A stretch of 62,391 nucleotides of DNA, the filler included, from Perkinsus olseni (Eukaryota): the NCBI GenBank assembly GCA_013115125.1. It is 4 parts of 4 records of this genome, joined end to end, with 100 filler letters (N's around TTAATTAATTAA, not from the genome) between each part and the next. Parts side by side here need not be neighbours in the genome. Positions count along the whole stretch, not along the records: positions 15,774 to 31,309 come from JABANN010000698.1; positions 31,410 to 46,851 come from JABANN010000699.1; 2 more parts are not named here. One strand, given 5' to 3'. Position numbers and translations under genes: made by a program. Below, piece by piece: positions 28,249 through 41,871 of this stretch. The notes under the pieces are model-generated. The model did not search any database. It was given only the letters and a program-made list of their open reading frames with translations, and had not been told where the DNA came from. Within the stretch, counting starts at the first letter, position 1; every line of letters starts with the position of its first letter.

Positions 28249-29260
28249 ATGATGAAGTTATCATCATCATCCAATAACGAGGGGAAGGTCCAAGCCGACC
28301 CGTATGGTCTCACACTGTCAGTACACACACATTACGACTATCAATCCACCACTCACTCCCATACCGGTAGTAGTAGTAGTAGTAAGAATAACAGTTCCAC
28401 TCGTACAACCATGTTAGAACATCACCGTACTGATAATAGTAAGTATGAATCGACGAATAAGGATCAGAAGGCAACATCATCATCATCAGCAATGGAAGGA
28501 GGACAAGGAGCATTAGACAATAACAACAATACTGCTGATATGATGATAATGTTGGGGTCATCGATGGGCCGTAAATGGCGAATGCTACAGAATAAGTTAG
28601 ATGAGGCGACAACTAATGTATCCATGAGAGAAGTAATATAGTATCGTGGTGGTGGTGGTGGTGGCGGAGCTGATAATATTATTATCATCAGACTGAGTAC
28701 GAAGAGAGAGTAGCAGAACTGGAATGTGATGTGGCGAGCAGAGATCATCAAATACTCATATTGAAGCTGACCATAAGGGACCTGATGCAGCAAGCAGACA
28801 AAATCAATGATGATGGTGGAACAACATTACCAATGGAACGAAGTATCTCGCTAGGAGAGCAACTAGAGAATAATAGCAATGGTAGTAATAGAAGTAGTGG
28901 TAGTCACATTGTTATTATATTATGTAGTAGAAGGAAGATTACAAAACAATATGAAACATCTACGTACGAAGATGAATAATATCCAACGGCAAAATGTAGG
29001 TATAGATCATGATGAAGTTGTGAATCACATTAGGACAGATGATTATGATTATGTTAGGATAGACTGAAGAGGAAGAATAAAGAGTTGAAGGCTGAACTGG
29101 TACGAGTGAATGATGAGGTGAAAAGATGGTATAATAAGATAGAAAACATCACGGCTGAGAGGGATGTTCTCATTAATGAGGTAGTAGTGATGATGGCAAT
29201 AATAAAGTAACAGGTGAACTTTTTAGGTAGAGGGAACAAGATCGGAGATCGATATTCTGA
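28249..29260 (+). CDS. Hypothetical coiled-coil protein; ends approximate
   Basis: Spliceable exons: RKWRMLQNKLDEATTNVSMRE|TEYEERVAELECDVASRDHQILILKLTIRDL...DRLKRKNKELKAELVRVNDEVKRW. Confidence 0.55.
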
Positions 29261-29613
29261 GACAGTACTATCGCTATCAGCAGCGAAACAGCATACGTAA
29301 GAGGAGTAACGACAACTAGAGACGGTGGTGGTGGTGGTGGTGGTGGTGAGATTGGTTTAAAGCGACGAGATAACATTGGATATTCAGTAGTTGTGATATG
29401 GTACACAGAAGTGACCATCTCTGATATACCTCATCCTGTGTTGTTATCGCCCGCGTGTATTGGCATCTCACTATTGGCCTGGTGTTGTTAGTATATTCAC
29501 TCATAACACAAGATGTAATAATATTGCCATCAGTATTATTATTAGTACAAATAATGGTGAAGATAGTAACGGTAATGTGTTAATGATAATAATAATACTG
29601 ATCATGATCATCA

Positions 29614-31087
29614 TCATATAGATGATATTAACATATACAAACCAGCAGTGGCAGCTAATGCAGTAAACGCATACACTTTACGTTTTAAGGAGGTATCCCT
29701 CTTATCTGTTGCTTGTTGTAATTCAATATTTGTCCTTTGTGTAGTATCCAATGTTCTCAGCATAGCATCATGAATACTATCAATATTATCCTGTTGTCTA
29801 GCCATATCACTATTTAATGTAGTATAAATATCTTGTAATTCTCCCATCTCAGCCCCAATCCTTTTTATATCATCCAACTTATCCCTTGATAATCCTTCTT
29901 CTAAATCGATGCCCCCACCCATCTGCTGTTGTTGTTGTCGATCTTGATGATGCTCTTCTCGTTGAATGGGCGATGTTGATGATTTAAGTAATTCCGCTGC
30001 AGCAGCGGCAGTCGATCGTAACTGATTTAAGTATTATTATAATCACAATAAGAATAGCTCGATTATATATATTATAATCATTACCTTCCTTTCTCCATAC
30101 TCATAAACAGCATTACTATTCTGAGATATCACACTGGATATATTCTTGTGCTGCTGTTGCCACAGGCCATCACCACCGATCTGCTATTGTCATAATATAA
30201 CCACCAGTATACAAGACCAGTAATGATACTACCTTTGAATCACTGTTCCTCGAAGAATCATCATTTCCTCTCCTGCGTGATGTAGATGATGATCTTATAC
30301 TGCTAGTAGTAGTAGCAGTAGTACTATGGTGATGATGGCTTCTAGACGATGATGAAGATGTTGTTGATCGTGGTCCTCCACTATTGCCTGTTAACGTTAG
30401 AATCATACAAAGTATCATCACCATTATTACCTCTCTTATTAGTCTTCTTCTTCTTGTTACTATACCCTTGTTGCTGCTCTGCTGCTGCTGCTGTCTCCTT
30501 CTTTAAAGTAGCATATCTCCTAACCACATCTTCTAATTGTTTAGCAAGTGTCGATACATTATTAGTAAACTTATTCAACATCTGTTGACGGTTCATAGCA
30601 TCTTGTGGTGTTGGTGCATTACATACATATTCTTTAAACCTGATTATTAATAAACATCTACTAGTCTATACTATAATACTAATCATTATTACTCATTAAC
30701 ATCCTTCTGTGCACATGATGTTAATGTAACAGCTTTATCTATCATGCTTCTAACATCGTCCAATGCATAACCACCGCTACTACTGCTGTATGATGATAGC
30801 TCAACATTACCACCACCACCACTACTAGTAGTAGTAGCATTATCATCCAACCGTTTTGATATACTAATAATATGTTGATTGATGTCTCGTATCTAATACT
30901 AACAGCATTATGTTATTCATCATCCTCCAGCTATTGTCGTTACCTCCTTCTGTAGTGTTCGAGAATCTTTAATATAGAAGGAATCAGCCGACGACCGTCC
31001 ACCACCACCATAGCCATCATCATCATAAGGATTATCGGCAGCACGACCGCGGCCGCCCTCGAATGATGGATGTTGATAATAAGACAT
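29614..31087 (-). CDS. Syntaxin-family t-SNARE (Qa-like)
   Basis: Helical N-terminal exons, SNARE motif DDIKRIGAEMGELQDIYTTLNSDMARQQDNIDSIHDAM...TNIELQQA with a Q zero layer, and a C-terminal TM anchor. Confidence 0.85.
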
Positions 31088-31237
31088 TACAACAACTACA
31101 ATCACATCCTCATACAACCACCACTATCTAACCTAATCGTCGTCATCATCATCATCATCATCATCATCCATTTTCAGTAGGGCGAGCGCTAAATCCCTCC
31201 GCCCGTCCGCCGCCGTCGCCTACGGAAAGGACGTTGC

Positions 31238-31238
31238 G

Positions 31239-31309
<71 letters not shown>
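31238..31309. repeat. (GTT)n microsatellite at contig end
   Basis: Direct reading. Confidence 0.97.
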
Positions 31310-31409
31310 NNNNNNNNNNNNNNNNNNNNNNNNNNNNNNNNNNNNNNNNNNNNTTAATTAATTAANNNNNNNNNNNNNNNNNNNNNNNNNNNNNNNNNNN
31401 NNNNNNNNN
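31310..31409. other. Artificial contig linker
   Basis: Ns, TTAATTAATTAA, Ns. Confidence 0.98.
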
Positions 31410-31655
31410 AAGTTCAATACCGTATGCCCCGCTGTGGCGCCGCCTCAGTTCATCATGTACCATAGTCAACAGCGACTCTGACAGTCAGAGTCTGACCTCC
31501 TCTAACCTCAACAACCTCAACAGTGCCTATTTGAGGCCGGGCCACTTTCTTATAAAGACAGGAATATGCGGGTCGAGCTTTATGTTTGGAGACCATATGA
31601 TATTGTGGTCAACGATCCTTCGGAATTGACAACTAAAGTCTACGTGTAACGCTAA

Positions 31656-34600
31656 TTACAGATGCGGAGTATGGCATAAAGTGCAGACGATCTTTCCAAT
31701 ATCCCCCGCGACAGCGGCTTCGTGTCTGAGATAAAGAGCCTACAGGAGATACGGCGCATGATACGTTCACTTGCAAATTCTGCATGAGAAAAACTCGATA
31801 CCGTCTCCTGCTCGTGTGCCTGAGGAACTCGCGTTTAACGACTGATGGAATCTGTCGAAACAGCTATTGCCAGTACTGGGAAACAGAGGCTCGCCCGTAA
31901 CGACACACCACGGAATCGGTTGGTGACAAATCGGGCATGAACCTGAAGCAATTACCTTCCTGTTGCAAGAGCCTTGCATACACAAGTCGGATGGGCCTTA
32001 CAAGATAACTCATGCAGGTTGTTCGCCGAACATCTCGGGTGAGAGCACTTCACTGCCTTAGCTACAGGGGGATCTCGTGGAGGATACTTTGTGAAAATTG
32101 CAAGGGCCTACGTGTCACCGCTCCGGAGCGACAAGCCGGCGATTGACAATTCAGGCACTTGCTATCGAGGTAACAGTGGACGTGGAACTTACCAGGTCGG
32201 AGTATCGCTTTCTCCGATGAGAGGATACTTCATCCGATTTTTTCAGCTTCACGAAAGCTCTGCTGCAAAGCGCGAAACGCCTGCATGGAAAACGGTCCCG
32301 TTTGTGTGTTCATCACCAAATCACAGCGCTGCGGACGAAGACGTGCAGGCTTTTCAAAAGCCGCTTTTGCACGCCGCGCACTGTGCACAGAAATTCCCGT
32401 CTCGAAACGCGGATAGTCGATAACAAGTTTATCAATGAGGTGCACGCGGATGCGCTAGATGCCTCGGAACTAACAGAATGGCACAGGAGGGCTTATAGAT
32501 GAGTAACACTAGCTTGTAATTCACCAACGACTCTTCTAATTCTTGTATCTCACTTTGACTGGAAAGCTGCAATGGCTAGTAACACCCATGACCTCTCGTA
32601 TCCTGGATATAGGAGTAATCTGTCGCTTCGGGTTACTCGGCGTGCTACCAATTATGTCCTCGAAAAACTCGGTCAGCCGAAGTGCGGTCTTGAGAGCGAG
32701 GCTGGCCTTCCCAGAGAATAGCTGTCGATGACATAACATGTATCTGATGCCATGGTATTTGAGTTATGAACTAAAATCCCCAAGGCTTCTCGATAATTGA
32801 TCTGGCTACGAGCAAAAAGATTTCCAAGCGAAGCTGGAACATACTGGGAATTCAAGTCTGGAATAGCAGCCAAACAGAGAACCTTCAGAGATCACGGCGA
32901 TGAACACGGCGCTTTGCTACGCAACGAACTAACGAGAGACTTGTGAAGTCACCCGTTTACAAGTGATAGCCCTCGCATCCTCTCCAGGGAAGCTCCAATA
33001 GGTTATCTCTCATCAACTGGAAAGACGCGGCAATTCTCAACGCAATAGGTTGTACTATCGACCTCCTTATCTGCCGAAACTAACTCAGCCAACGTGGAAA
33101 TGGTCTCATTACCGCGGCTTGAAGCTGAACCTATGGCGAACCTTCAAGGCGAAACGAAGAGCACGTGTAGCAGAGCGACCCAAAGTCTTTTTCTTATGAG
33201 ATTCCATCTCCAGTGCGGAAAGAAGATACAATTTCTTCTTCCGCGACGGGAAAAGACGGTTGTGAAAGGCGATCGTATCAGCCCCTCGATGCTCCAGTTC
33301 AGTGCGATCTGCCATCCTGACCTGAAATACTCTATCACTGGCTCGCTCCTGGATGCAACATAAAATCTCTATCATACTGCCGACATTACTGCCGAACTTG
33401 CAGTTGTCCAATCTAATACTTATATGATGAGCAAGCCTACCAGCAGCTTCGCTGCATCCACGTGTCTACCGGCCTTCTGCCAGAGTTCCACGGCGGAGAA
33501 GATTCGATTGGTTTGAATCAGATGAGCTGCGTATCTACCAAGTCTCCCATCCACCATAGGTTTTCGAGCCGTCGCACTCGCAAAGAGACGGCAAAACGAT
33601 AGAAGTTCACTTTTCCAGTATCGTTTCAACCATAGGGGTTTTGTACTTCTCCGCGAGCTCGATGGCCTTGGACCAGTGATTCGAGGACACACACTCTTTG
33701 ATCGCCGCGTGCACCTGGAGTGGGCAGAATCAGTTCCCTGCGCTGTTACAGTGAGAGAGAGGCCAGAGACATGTAGTTTTCCATCGGGTTACCAAGTTCG
33801 ATCCCAGCATCAAAAGACGCTACCACCCATACTACCTCTCCAGTCCTGAAGAGAAGGTTTGCCGCTTGGTCGACTTGTCCAACACCCGAAAGTATTCGTG
33901 CCACATCTGATTGCAGCAAAGCTGCGGTTGTGGGTAGCTGGCGAAAAGCTGTTTGGTAGAGTGACTCGAAATCTTCCAAAGCTGCGTACCTACGTAGCTC
34001 ATCGAGCACTACATCCCGATCGAGCTTCGGTGAACCGTATGGAATTGGTACACCAGCAGACCTACGCCGCCGCGAGCTTCTCCCATGCCGATGCGCTCAG
34101 ATGATACTGAAGGAATTAGCAGCGATAACCTCCCATCCGCCAAGTGCTACAATAACACGGCTAGCGGTACTTCATCGGTATCGCTCACTCAGACTCTAAA
34201 TGAGCGATAACTCTGAATTTCTGAGACACCTTCCTGGCCTCACGGATCACAACAGCGGCAGTGAGCGAGACTAGACGACTTAGTAACCTGCCTGGACCGC
34301 CAGGTTCCATCTCCCTCTTGTCGCATAGTAGTCACCGCATTCAACATACGCTTGCTTGAGGAGGTCCTGTTTGCTAACGGACTTCAGCACGGACCCAAGG
34401 TCCTCCACCAAATTACAAACTCCCGAGGGATCAACTTGCGGAACGTGCTCGGGCTGAAAAGTTATGTCCTAGCGCCTTTCAGCTGCCCAGAAACACGTTT
34501 CCGCACATGATAGCCAGCGTTGCACTAGATTAAAGAGCTTAGACACATTTTGGTGGATATGCCCCAACTAGCTACACCTATTTCAGCGCCCCAGCACCTC

Positions 34601-37600
34601 GAGAAGCCGAACCACTCGGAGCCAGTCCCCGAGTTTTAGCCTCAGCGCAATAGCCAGGTCTTTGCGGTCAATGTCCTTGTACAAAGCCTCAGCTTCTTCG
34701 AACCTCTGGGAGTATACGGCACATATCTAAATCGCCTAGAATGGGCGGCGCACGCGGCGATATTGGGTTCCGACGACACCTCAGCACGGCGTTTGACATC
34801 GTCATCCAAATCTCTCAACCTATGACAGAGCTGAATTCCCGAGTAGGAGGAAAACCTGCGAGCGAAGTTGCATTGCGAGTGTCACTGAGCAACGTATATG
34901 TTCACCTCACGAAAGCTTTTTCAGCTACGCCAACGTCCAATTGTTCAAGTGCCGACTCCGCGAGGAGGCGCCAGAGTCCTGAGGGAAGCGGCGGGATGGC
35001 TGGCTGAGATTCGAAGCTCGATGACATTCCATTCCGCCACGAATCAAGGGGCATTTCTTCTTCCCAGCGACCTCTAGAATCAGCCGAAGTCGCTCTCGCA
35101 GTGGGCACGTGGGCATACTATCGTTGAAGTGAGTACCTCGCCCGCAATTCACCCGATTGGAGGACGTCGTTGGTAGCGCTGCGGAGTGAAGAGTAATCAC
35201 TCTAGTGTGTTTGCTACTGCGCCCTAACTATGCAGGGCTTGTAGTGTTTGGAGCACCACGCCTAGGAGCTATAGGACCTTGCCTACTCTTGTGAGGGTTT
35301 GCCTCAACATAGTTGAAGGCATCCTTCAGATTCGAAAGCTTGGCTAGGATCTCTCTTGTGTCTCGAAGAGTTTTAGTCTCAGACTCGATAAGATAGCTCT
35401 GCCAACTTGGCGTAGCCATTGCAGAGCTAGCAAAGTATGTTCTCTTGTGGTCTGTTGTATGTTCTCTTCCCGCATATCCTCTCTCAATCTCCATTCCAGC
35501 CGTAGGTTGCAAGTCCGACCTCGACTGCATCAATCGCAATAGCTGAAAGCGAGGGAGACTCAGCGGAGTCGGAAAGCGGCGAGAGACTATCAGGCGGCAA
35601 AACTGGCGTGACTCTTCAAAGTTCGAGCCGAATGATTGATTGCCAGCATATAAGGCCGGTGGCATCAGACAAACCGAGAACCGCCCTTGAGAGTAACGTT
35701 CCTACACCGTCGAGCATGACGCCTTTGATTTGCAAATCGCTAAATCCGTAGATGTATCTAAAAGTTCAAAGAGTCATAAATTTCTCAAATGGAATTCTGC
35801 TCCATGCTGGACGCACGCCTCGCTAGTCACGGGTTCCTCCGGTTTCATTGATCGCAAGATGTACATGCGAGATTTCTCCATTATCGCGAGGAGATCTGAA
35901 GAGCAGCGTCCTAGATAAACGTTGAAAACGACGTCTCACCTGGCTGATCTGCCGCCCACTCAGACTGCCAGATGTCTCTTCGATCTCCTCTTGATACTGC
36001 GTTTACAAGGATGACCGTTGAAGAGCCTTCTGTGTGATTGGGAAGCTCAAATACATGCAACCAACCCTCTACGTCGATAATCGAGAGCCTCGTAGCATCG
36101 CAGTTAATGGAGATCCTCTGAGGGAGCGAGTGCCACTCTTGTGCATGAAGGTAGAGGTGGATTTCCCAGCTCCAAATAGGTGCTGCAGATCGACTGACTT
36201 TCTCACGAAGCTTTATTTGACTCACATCGATGAGTTGGACAACACCGCAAGCAACGAGCGAACTTCACGAAACGGAATAACCTAGCTTCATTACCTGCGG
36301 CCGGCACTCGGCGTCGAATGAACCCTGGTAAGAGAGCCTTAGTGATGAGTACCTTGCTGAGAGCAATGCCGTCAGCGAATGTGCTACCTCAAAACCTACT
36401 GCTGAACGATCCCACTAGCACGGCAAATGAACAAGGCCTTGCCACGAGCTATCGCGGCATCGACGATTGGGTCCTTAGTCCCTATGACTCCACCGGGAGG
36501 AACGTAACTGAACGTAACATACCACGAAAATCCGACCAAACCCCTAACCTGTCCACTTCGGCTGCTACTCCGGCAGAACGGTCATCCACATGCCGCATCG
36601 ATTCGGACCGCACACGGATTGTTCCGCCGAAACCTACCGCGACCCCGTAGCGCCAAGAGCGGAATCGTTAGACATGACAAGTTTCGGGAGGTCATATGAA
36701 CCCTCGACAGCGGCTCACCGAGGTATCCACGATCAATACTCGTCCCGCTGCCTTGAACCGCCTGAGCCGATCTAGAGTGTCGGGCGAGCAACATAGTTCG
36801 TTCTACTGAGCTCGACTTCCCGTAATTCCATAAGTAGATCTCATCATCGCTAGCGACAAGCAAATGCTCTGGGGTCATCGCAACGCTTCTAGGCGCGATC
36901 GGGCAGCTGCGTCCCTCTTCATCAACTGGAGCGCCAATATCTGCGTCACCCACGTGGTTGATTCTTTCCGTTCCCATGGAAAGACTAAACTTTACCGTTG
37001 TACAGACGAACGACGAACTGGAGGTTGGCCATGCCTGTGAGGTTCGAGGCAGTTGAATAAGCCTCAGCTGAAGATTAAACGAGCAAATGTGAGCTGTATT
37101 AAGCGAGCTGTATTTCGTCCACAAAAGCATTATCTGAGCGACTATATGTGATTACGGCGTAGAATGATGAGTCCGCCCCAGACGATGCTGCTTTATTTGC
37201 GAGAACCCTAATGATTTTATCCGAGATGTAGGAACGGGCGGATAAGAAGCGTTGCACATTCGGAGGCAACCTACACGGCAATTCGCCGGTGAATATTGCG
37301 CAGACCTCGCTGGTGTCACAGGTTGCAATGGCAACAACGTCTCGGATTGACTTCACATGTTTCAGATCCTGAGAATGCAGCCCTCTAAGAGTCGGCAATA
37401 TCTGTCGCCAACTTACTTTCTCGGTATCCCAAAATGTGACTGTAGCCGGGTCTTTACCGATACCCTGCACTCTCTCGCGAGACTGCGTTCCCGCACTGTG
37501 CGAACTCGCGGAGTTCCCACATACACCCTTTTGCACGAAGAGCAGAGTGCGCGAGGCAAAGTAGCCCCACAAACGGTCGACCCTGAAAGTAAACGCTTAC

Positions 37601-40600
37601 GTAAGGATGACCGGAGGCAAGGCAGATTCTCAACGGGGGATAAACCCCGCGCGAGAGCGCATGCTACAGTCCTTCTCCGCTGACGCGGAGCCTTGCGCCG
37701 TAAGGTTGAGCATTTCGACGGGGAGGATGCCACTAGGATTGGCCGTAGACTCACTCAATATCATCCAGCGAGACGCACCTTATGGTGGAGAAGTATATGT
37801 ATGAGTCGACAGCGAGCGCCATCCTAGCGCCCGAACCTTCCCAAGATATTGACTTCAGACCATGGGCTCTGCCAGTTAAGGTCGGGATCTGAGGCCGGCA
37901 GCATATCTACCGAGCCCATCTCGAGGGCACGGTGAATAGGGAAATAAAGTGGAAAGAGGGAGTTGCCGCTGACATCAAGGAGCTATATCGAGGAGGAACG
38001 CCGATGAACGACCACACTCACAACCACGAAGCTCGATGTCTCCATTAGAGACTCTACAACGAACAATTACGACGGGTCACTGACCTCAAAGCACCATGCG
38101 ATATCGAAACCCACCTGTTGGTTGCATAGATGCTGCCCGAACGCGGAGTAAATCTTGACAACACCAGAGTCAGCTGTCGAGCCCGACGATAATCCTTGAT
38201 GGGCCGTCGAAGCTCCGCCTAGGCCACCGTATGCCTAAGAGAACACAGAGGTAGCCGCTCAGAGCGAATGTGCTAATATAGACGCTTCAGAGATCGAGTT
38301 ACAAGCTGGGACAGAGCACTTACTGAGATTCCTGCGATTGCAATTGTCTGACCCGAAGGTGACCACTTAGCGTCCACGATGTTGAGACCAGTATCGAGTA
38401 TAACTGGCGAGAGAAATAACAACGAGCTTGAATACAATGAACAACCCGTCTACAAGGATCCGGTTCCATTGTGATAACACGTGGTAACATAATACCTCGG
38501 ATCAGTCACTTACTGGGATGGCTGTCCTGAATCCCGCGCATCAGCTGCGCTTTACCGTTGACGAAGGCAATGCATAGGTTGGGAGTCGAGTAGACAAGGT
38601 GAGGTGCATCACTCAGTTTTGCGGCCAATTTCACAGCCGGTAAAGCTGAGTGTTTCTCAACTGCATGTAACAGGCCTGATAAGGAAGACGACAAAAACCA
38701 CAACCTTCGAGGGCACAAACTAGAGAGCTGTCGGTGTGCATTTCGCACGTGCATATTTCCAGGTTGACCCGCTGAAGACTAATAGGCTATTTGGAATAGC
38801 TGGATTTGCTGGGTATCAGGAGTCAATGAGGTTTTCGGGCTCGCGAGGCTGCCGGCGAATTGTGTTCGGACCAATGAAGTCGGTAAACCTCTGGTAATTG
38901 CTTAGAGCCCGCTGACCCTTCCGGTTATGATGGAATGGTACAAATTATTCTTACATAATTGTGCGTCGCAGTCATTGAGAAAAAATGTCGGTAGCGGGGC
39001 TCAACCCTGTTCGACCTCGTGGGAGCCATCAGCAATCTGAACTGAGTTCAAGTAGTCCCTCACACCTCGGCGGTTTCGCAGCGTAGGACGCGGAGGATTC
39101 ACGTGCGATTTTGTCCGCAGATGCAAGCGTTTTCAACCTGGTCCATGAAATTCGATTTGTTTCAGGTGTCGGGGAATGAGTGAGACGCCTCCGCTCTTGT
39201 TTCATCTTCCGCTTTGCTACCGTGGCCAGAAAATGAACGACATTACAAGGTGTCGTCAAGGAACCCAAAAAACCGCTCCATGTCTGATCCTCACGGACAA
39301 GGATGCCGCTGTGACACTTCTTGGAGTATTGGAGGTTTACATCATCGTTGCGAGGAGGCCACGACGAAAAGCGGTTTCATTGCACACGACGGATCACTCA
39401 GTGAATCATCTTACCAGAAGAATCAGAGGAACCCCACCATTCTATTGAGGAGACCTCGACGTTGGGTGGTGGCATGTGCTCTGGAGATTGAAAGCGCGTA
39501 GAGTCGCCGGGATCGAGGCAAGCGGTGGGGATCCGATGGGAGAAGATCCCTTCAGAATCATAAATCTGAGGTCTTCGCATCTCCGTTGAGTGAACAAGAT
39601 ACTATCCCATACCTGAACTTCGCCTTTGGAAGTGCAGAAGATGAGTCCCCTGCTGTCCGGTAACCACTCAACCTTCGAGAGTTTGCTATTCATCTCTTTG
39701 CCCCAGAGACGTTGGCCATCCACCGTCCCAACTATAACTGCTCCATCTTCGTATCTGATAATCAGCAACTCGGTCGCTTCCAGCAAGCCGGTCTCAGTCA
39801 CAGCTGATGATCTTCAGCCGTCAACGACGAGCATTCTGAATGTTGATATCAGAGAAACAGACCGGGAGTAGGGGTACAGCGCGAACAGGTAACGGAGCCG
39901 AAATAGTTTGTAACCACAGGGACGATAACTTGGCTGTGTTCCACCCGACGCACAGGCTCTTACACAATGCAGATCCTTTGGCCGTCCTTGCTCCACCTCA
40001 TATCTGTGACGACTGATCGGTTGCGATTATTAACCATCTCCTCAAACCAAGCTCCTTGATTTAATGACCACACTGGCATATGCCAACTCGAGCACAATCT
40101 GACGTGCATTGTTGCTTACCGATGATCAGACCTTTCGCGTCAGATGTCGTCAGCTTCCGAAAGTTTTCGTTCCACACAATGACCCGTATGGAATGCTGAA
40201 GATGGATGACGGGGAACCATAGAATCGCATCATAGCTGCGTCCCATCTACAGTATATCCAGGTCCATGAATTTCACATACCATCGAACTCTCTTAGAATA
40301 TTTCCTATTTCTGTTAAAAGAAGAATTTCCATCGTAAAAAGCTGAGCCAGTACCGAGGAGGCCGCGCTTCGGACGCAAAGGATCAATGCAAAGAGCGATC
40401 CAGAGTGACGATATCCAGATGACTGAGATGTATAACGACTATCAGACATACAGTATATATTCAGACGTCCGCTATCAGAGCGGAGAACGAGAGTCTGACG
40501 CATGCGGGAGGACAGTCCCTCTAAATCGGGTGCCCGATATCGCGCAAGTCGATCGGATTGTCTGTGATTCCCAGCAGATACAGGTGAGAGCCTTGAGGGC

Positions 40601-40987
40601 ACACCGCGAGCGTGTATCGAGGGCAACGACGCTTGGGCGGTAGGCCGACCTGATGTCCTTCGAGTGTCTGGTTCATAGAGATGTCGTTGCTGTTGCTACT
40701 CGATAAAGGACCGTTGGCGGCACTACCGTCAAGCTTCAGAACCTACCGAAGATCTATTATCCGCGCGGCACAACGATCATGCTATTTTCGAGTTAATGAG
40801 AACTAGTTCCATGAAAACTCGCCCTGGATAACAGAAGCATTTCACCCTTGATTGACAGTCATAAACGGACCTTGAGGAAGCCATTCGCTCCTCCAATAGC
40901 CAGCCAGCCTTGACCGACGTTCCAGGATACGACCTCGACGGCAAGGTTCTGTGGGACAGCGATCTTCTTAGAGAGATAGGAGAACAT
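31656..40987 (-). CDS. WDR35: WD repeat protein 35 / IFT121 (IFT-A complex), many exons
   Basis: [14 protein letters not shown]...[14 protein letters not shown]...[67 protein letters not shown]-terminal Zn-finger [13 protein letters not shown]...CTLCHTPHL*. Confidence 0.95.
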
Positions 40988-41871
40988 TCTCGTTAATGCG
41001 AAGAAGTCTGAACTCTGGCCACGCTACAACTGTACTCGGTACAGCCAATCACGGTGCGCGGTAGTTCCGTGCGGTATAACCAGAAACTTCTCTACAGGTA
41101 CGCACCGACCCCATCGAGAAACGACGTGACACTATTGCGGTGAAGTATGCTAATATCCTAATGTTATCAATATTACATAATGTTATATTGATACTACATA
41201 TTAGGTTGTCATAGTCGTGTGAGCAGCGACTAATTCCGCCCGGCGAAGCTCGCCGGCCAGCGAACACGGAGTGGTTTAACTGTCGATTGCCGAGTGAAGA
41301 ATCTGCAGTGCTTGTTCCTCAGGAACAGTTCCTGAACATCCATCTCTTCATGACAAACGCAACGATATGTCAAGGCCTTTGGAAAATTACGGCTGCACTG
41401 CGCTACAGCGGACTGCTACAACGGCTGTGATCTATCCACACTTGGCTCGCCTTCATCACGCCGCCGACTAGTAAGTTCTCGAATACTCTTCACGACATTC
41501 CGCAAGGGGCTACGGAGACGGCGTACTGATCCGTCATCCGAGCTTGCAGGCGACACCGGGGGAGGGACTGTTAGAGACTAAGAATAGGGCACGAACTCGA
41601 ATCAATCCTCAATAAAGCACCTAGCGTCTAGATGAAACGGTAATCCCATCTTAGGTTATAGTAACAACTACCGCCACCTTAGACCAACTGCGGAATTATC
41701 CTGCTAGCGCCCTTCCCTATACGAGGGAATGCATTGGGCATTTTGCGTCCAACGCAGCGCGAACTTCGAACTGCAAACGACTAACTAGCTCGTACACCGA
41801 TAGGAAGAGATCTCTGACAGTTCTCCAGCAATAGTGAATATATTAGCTTCGCACTCAAAAGAATGAGAAAA

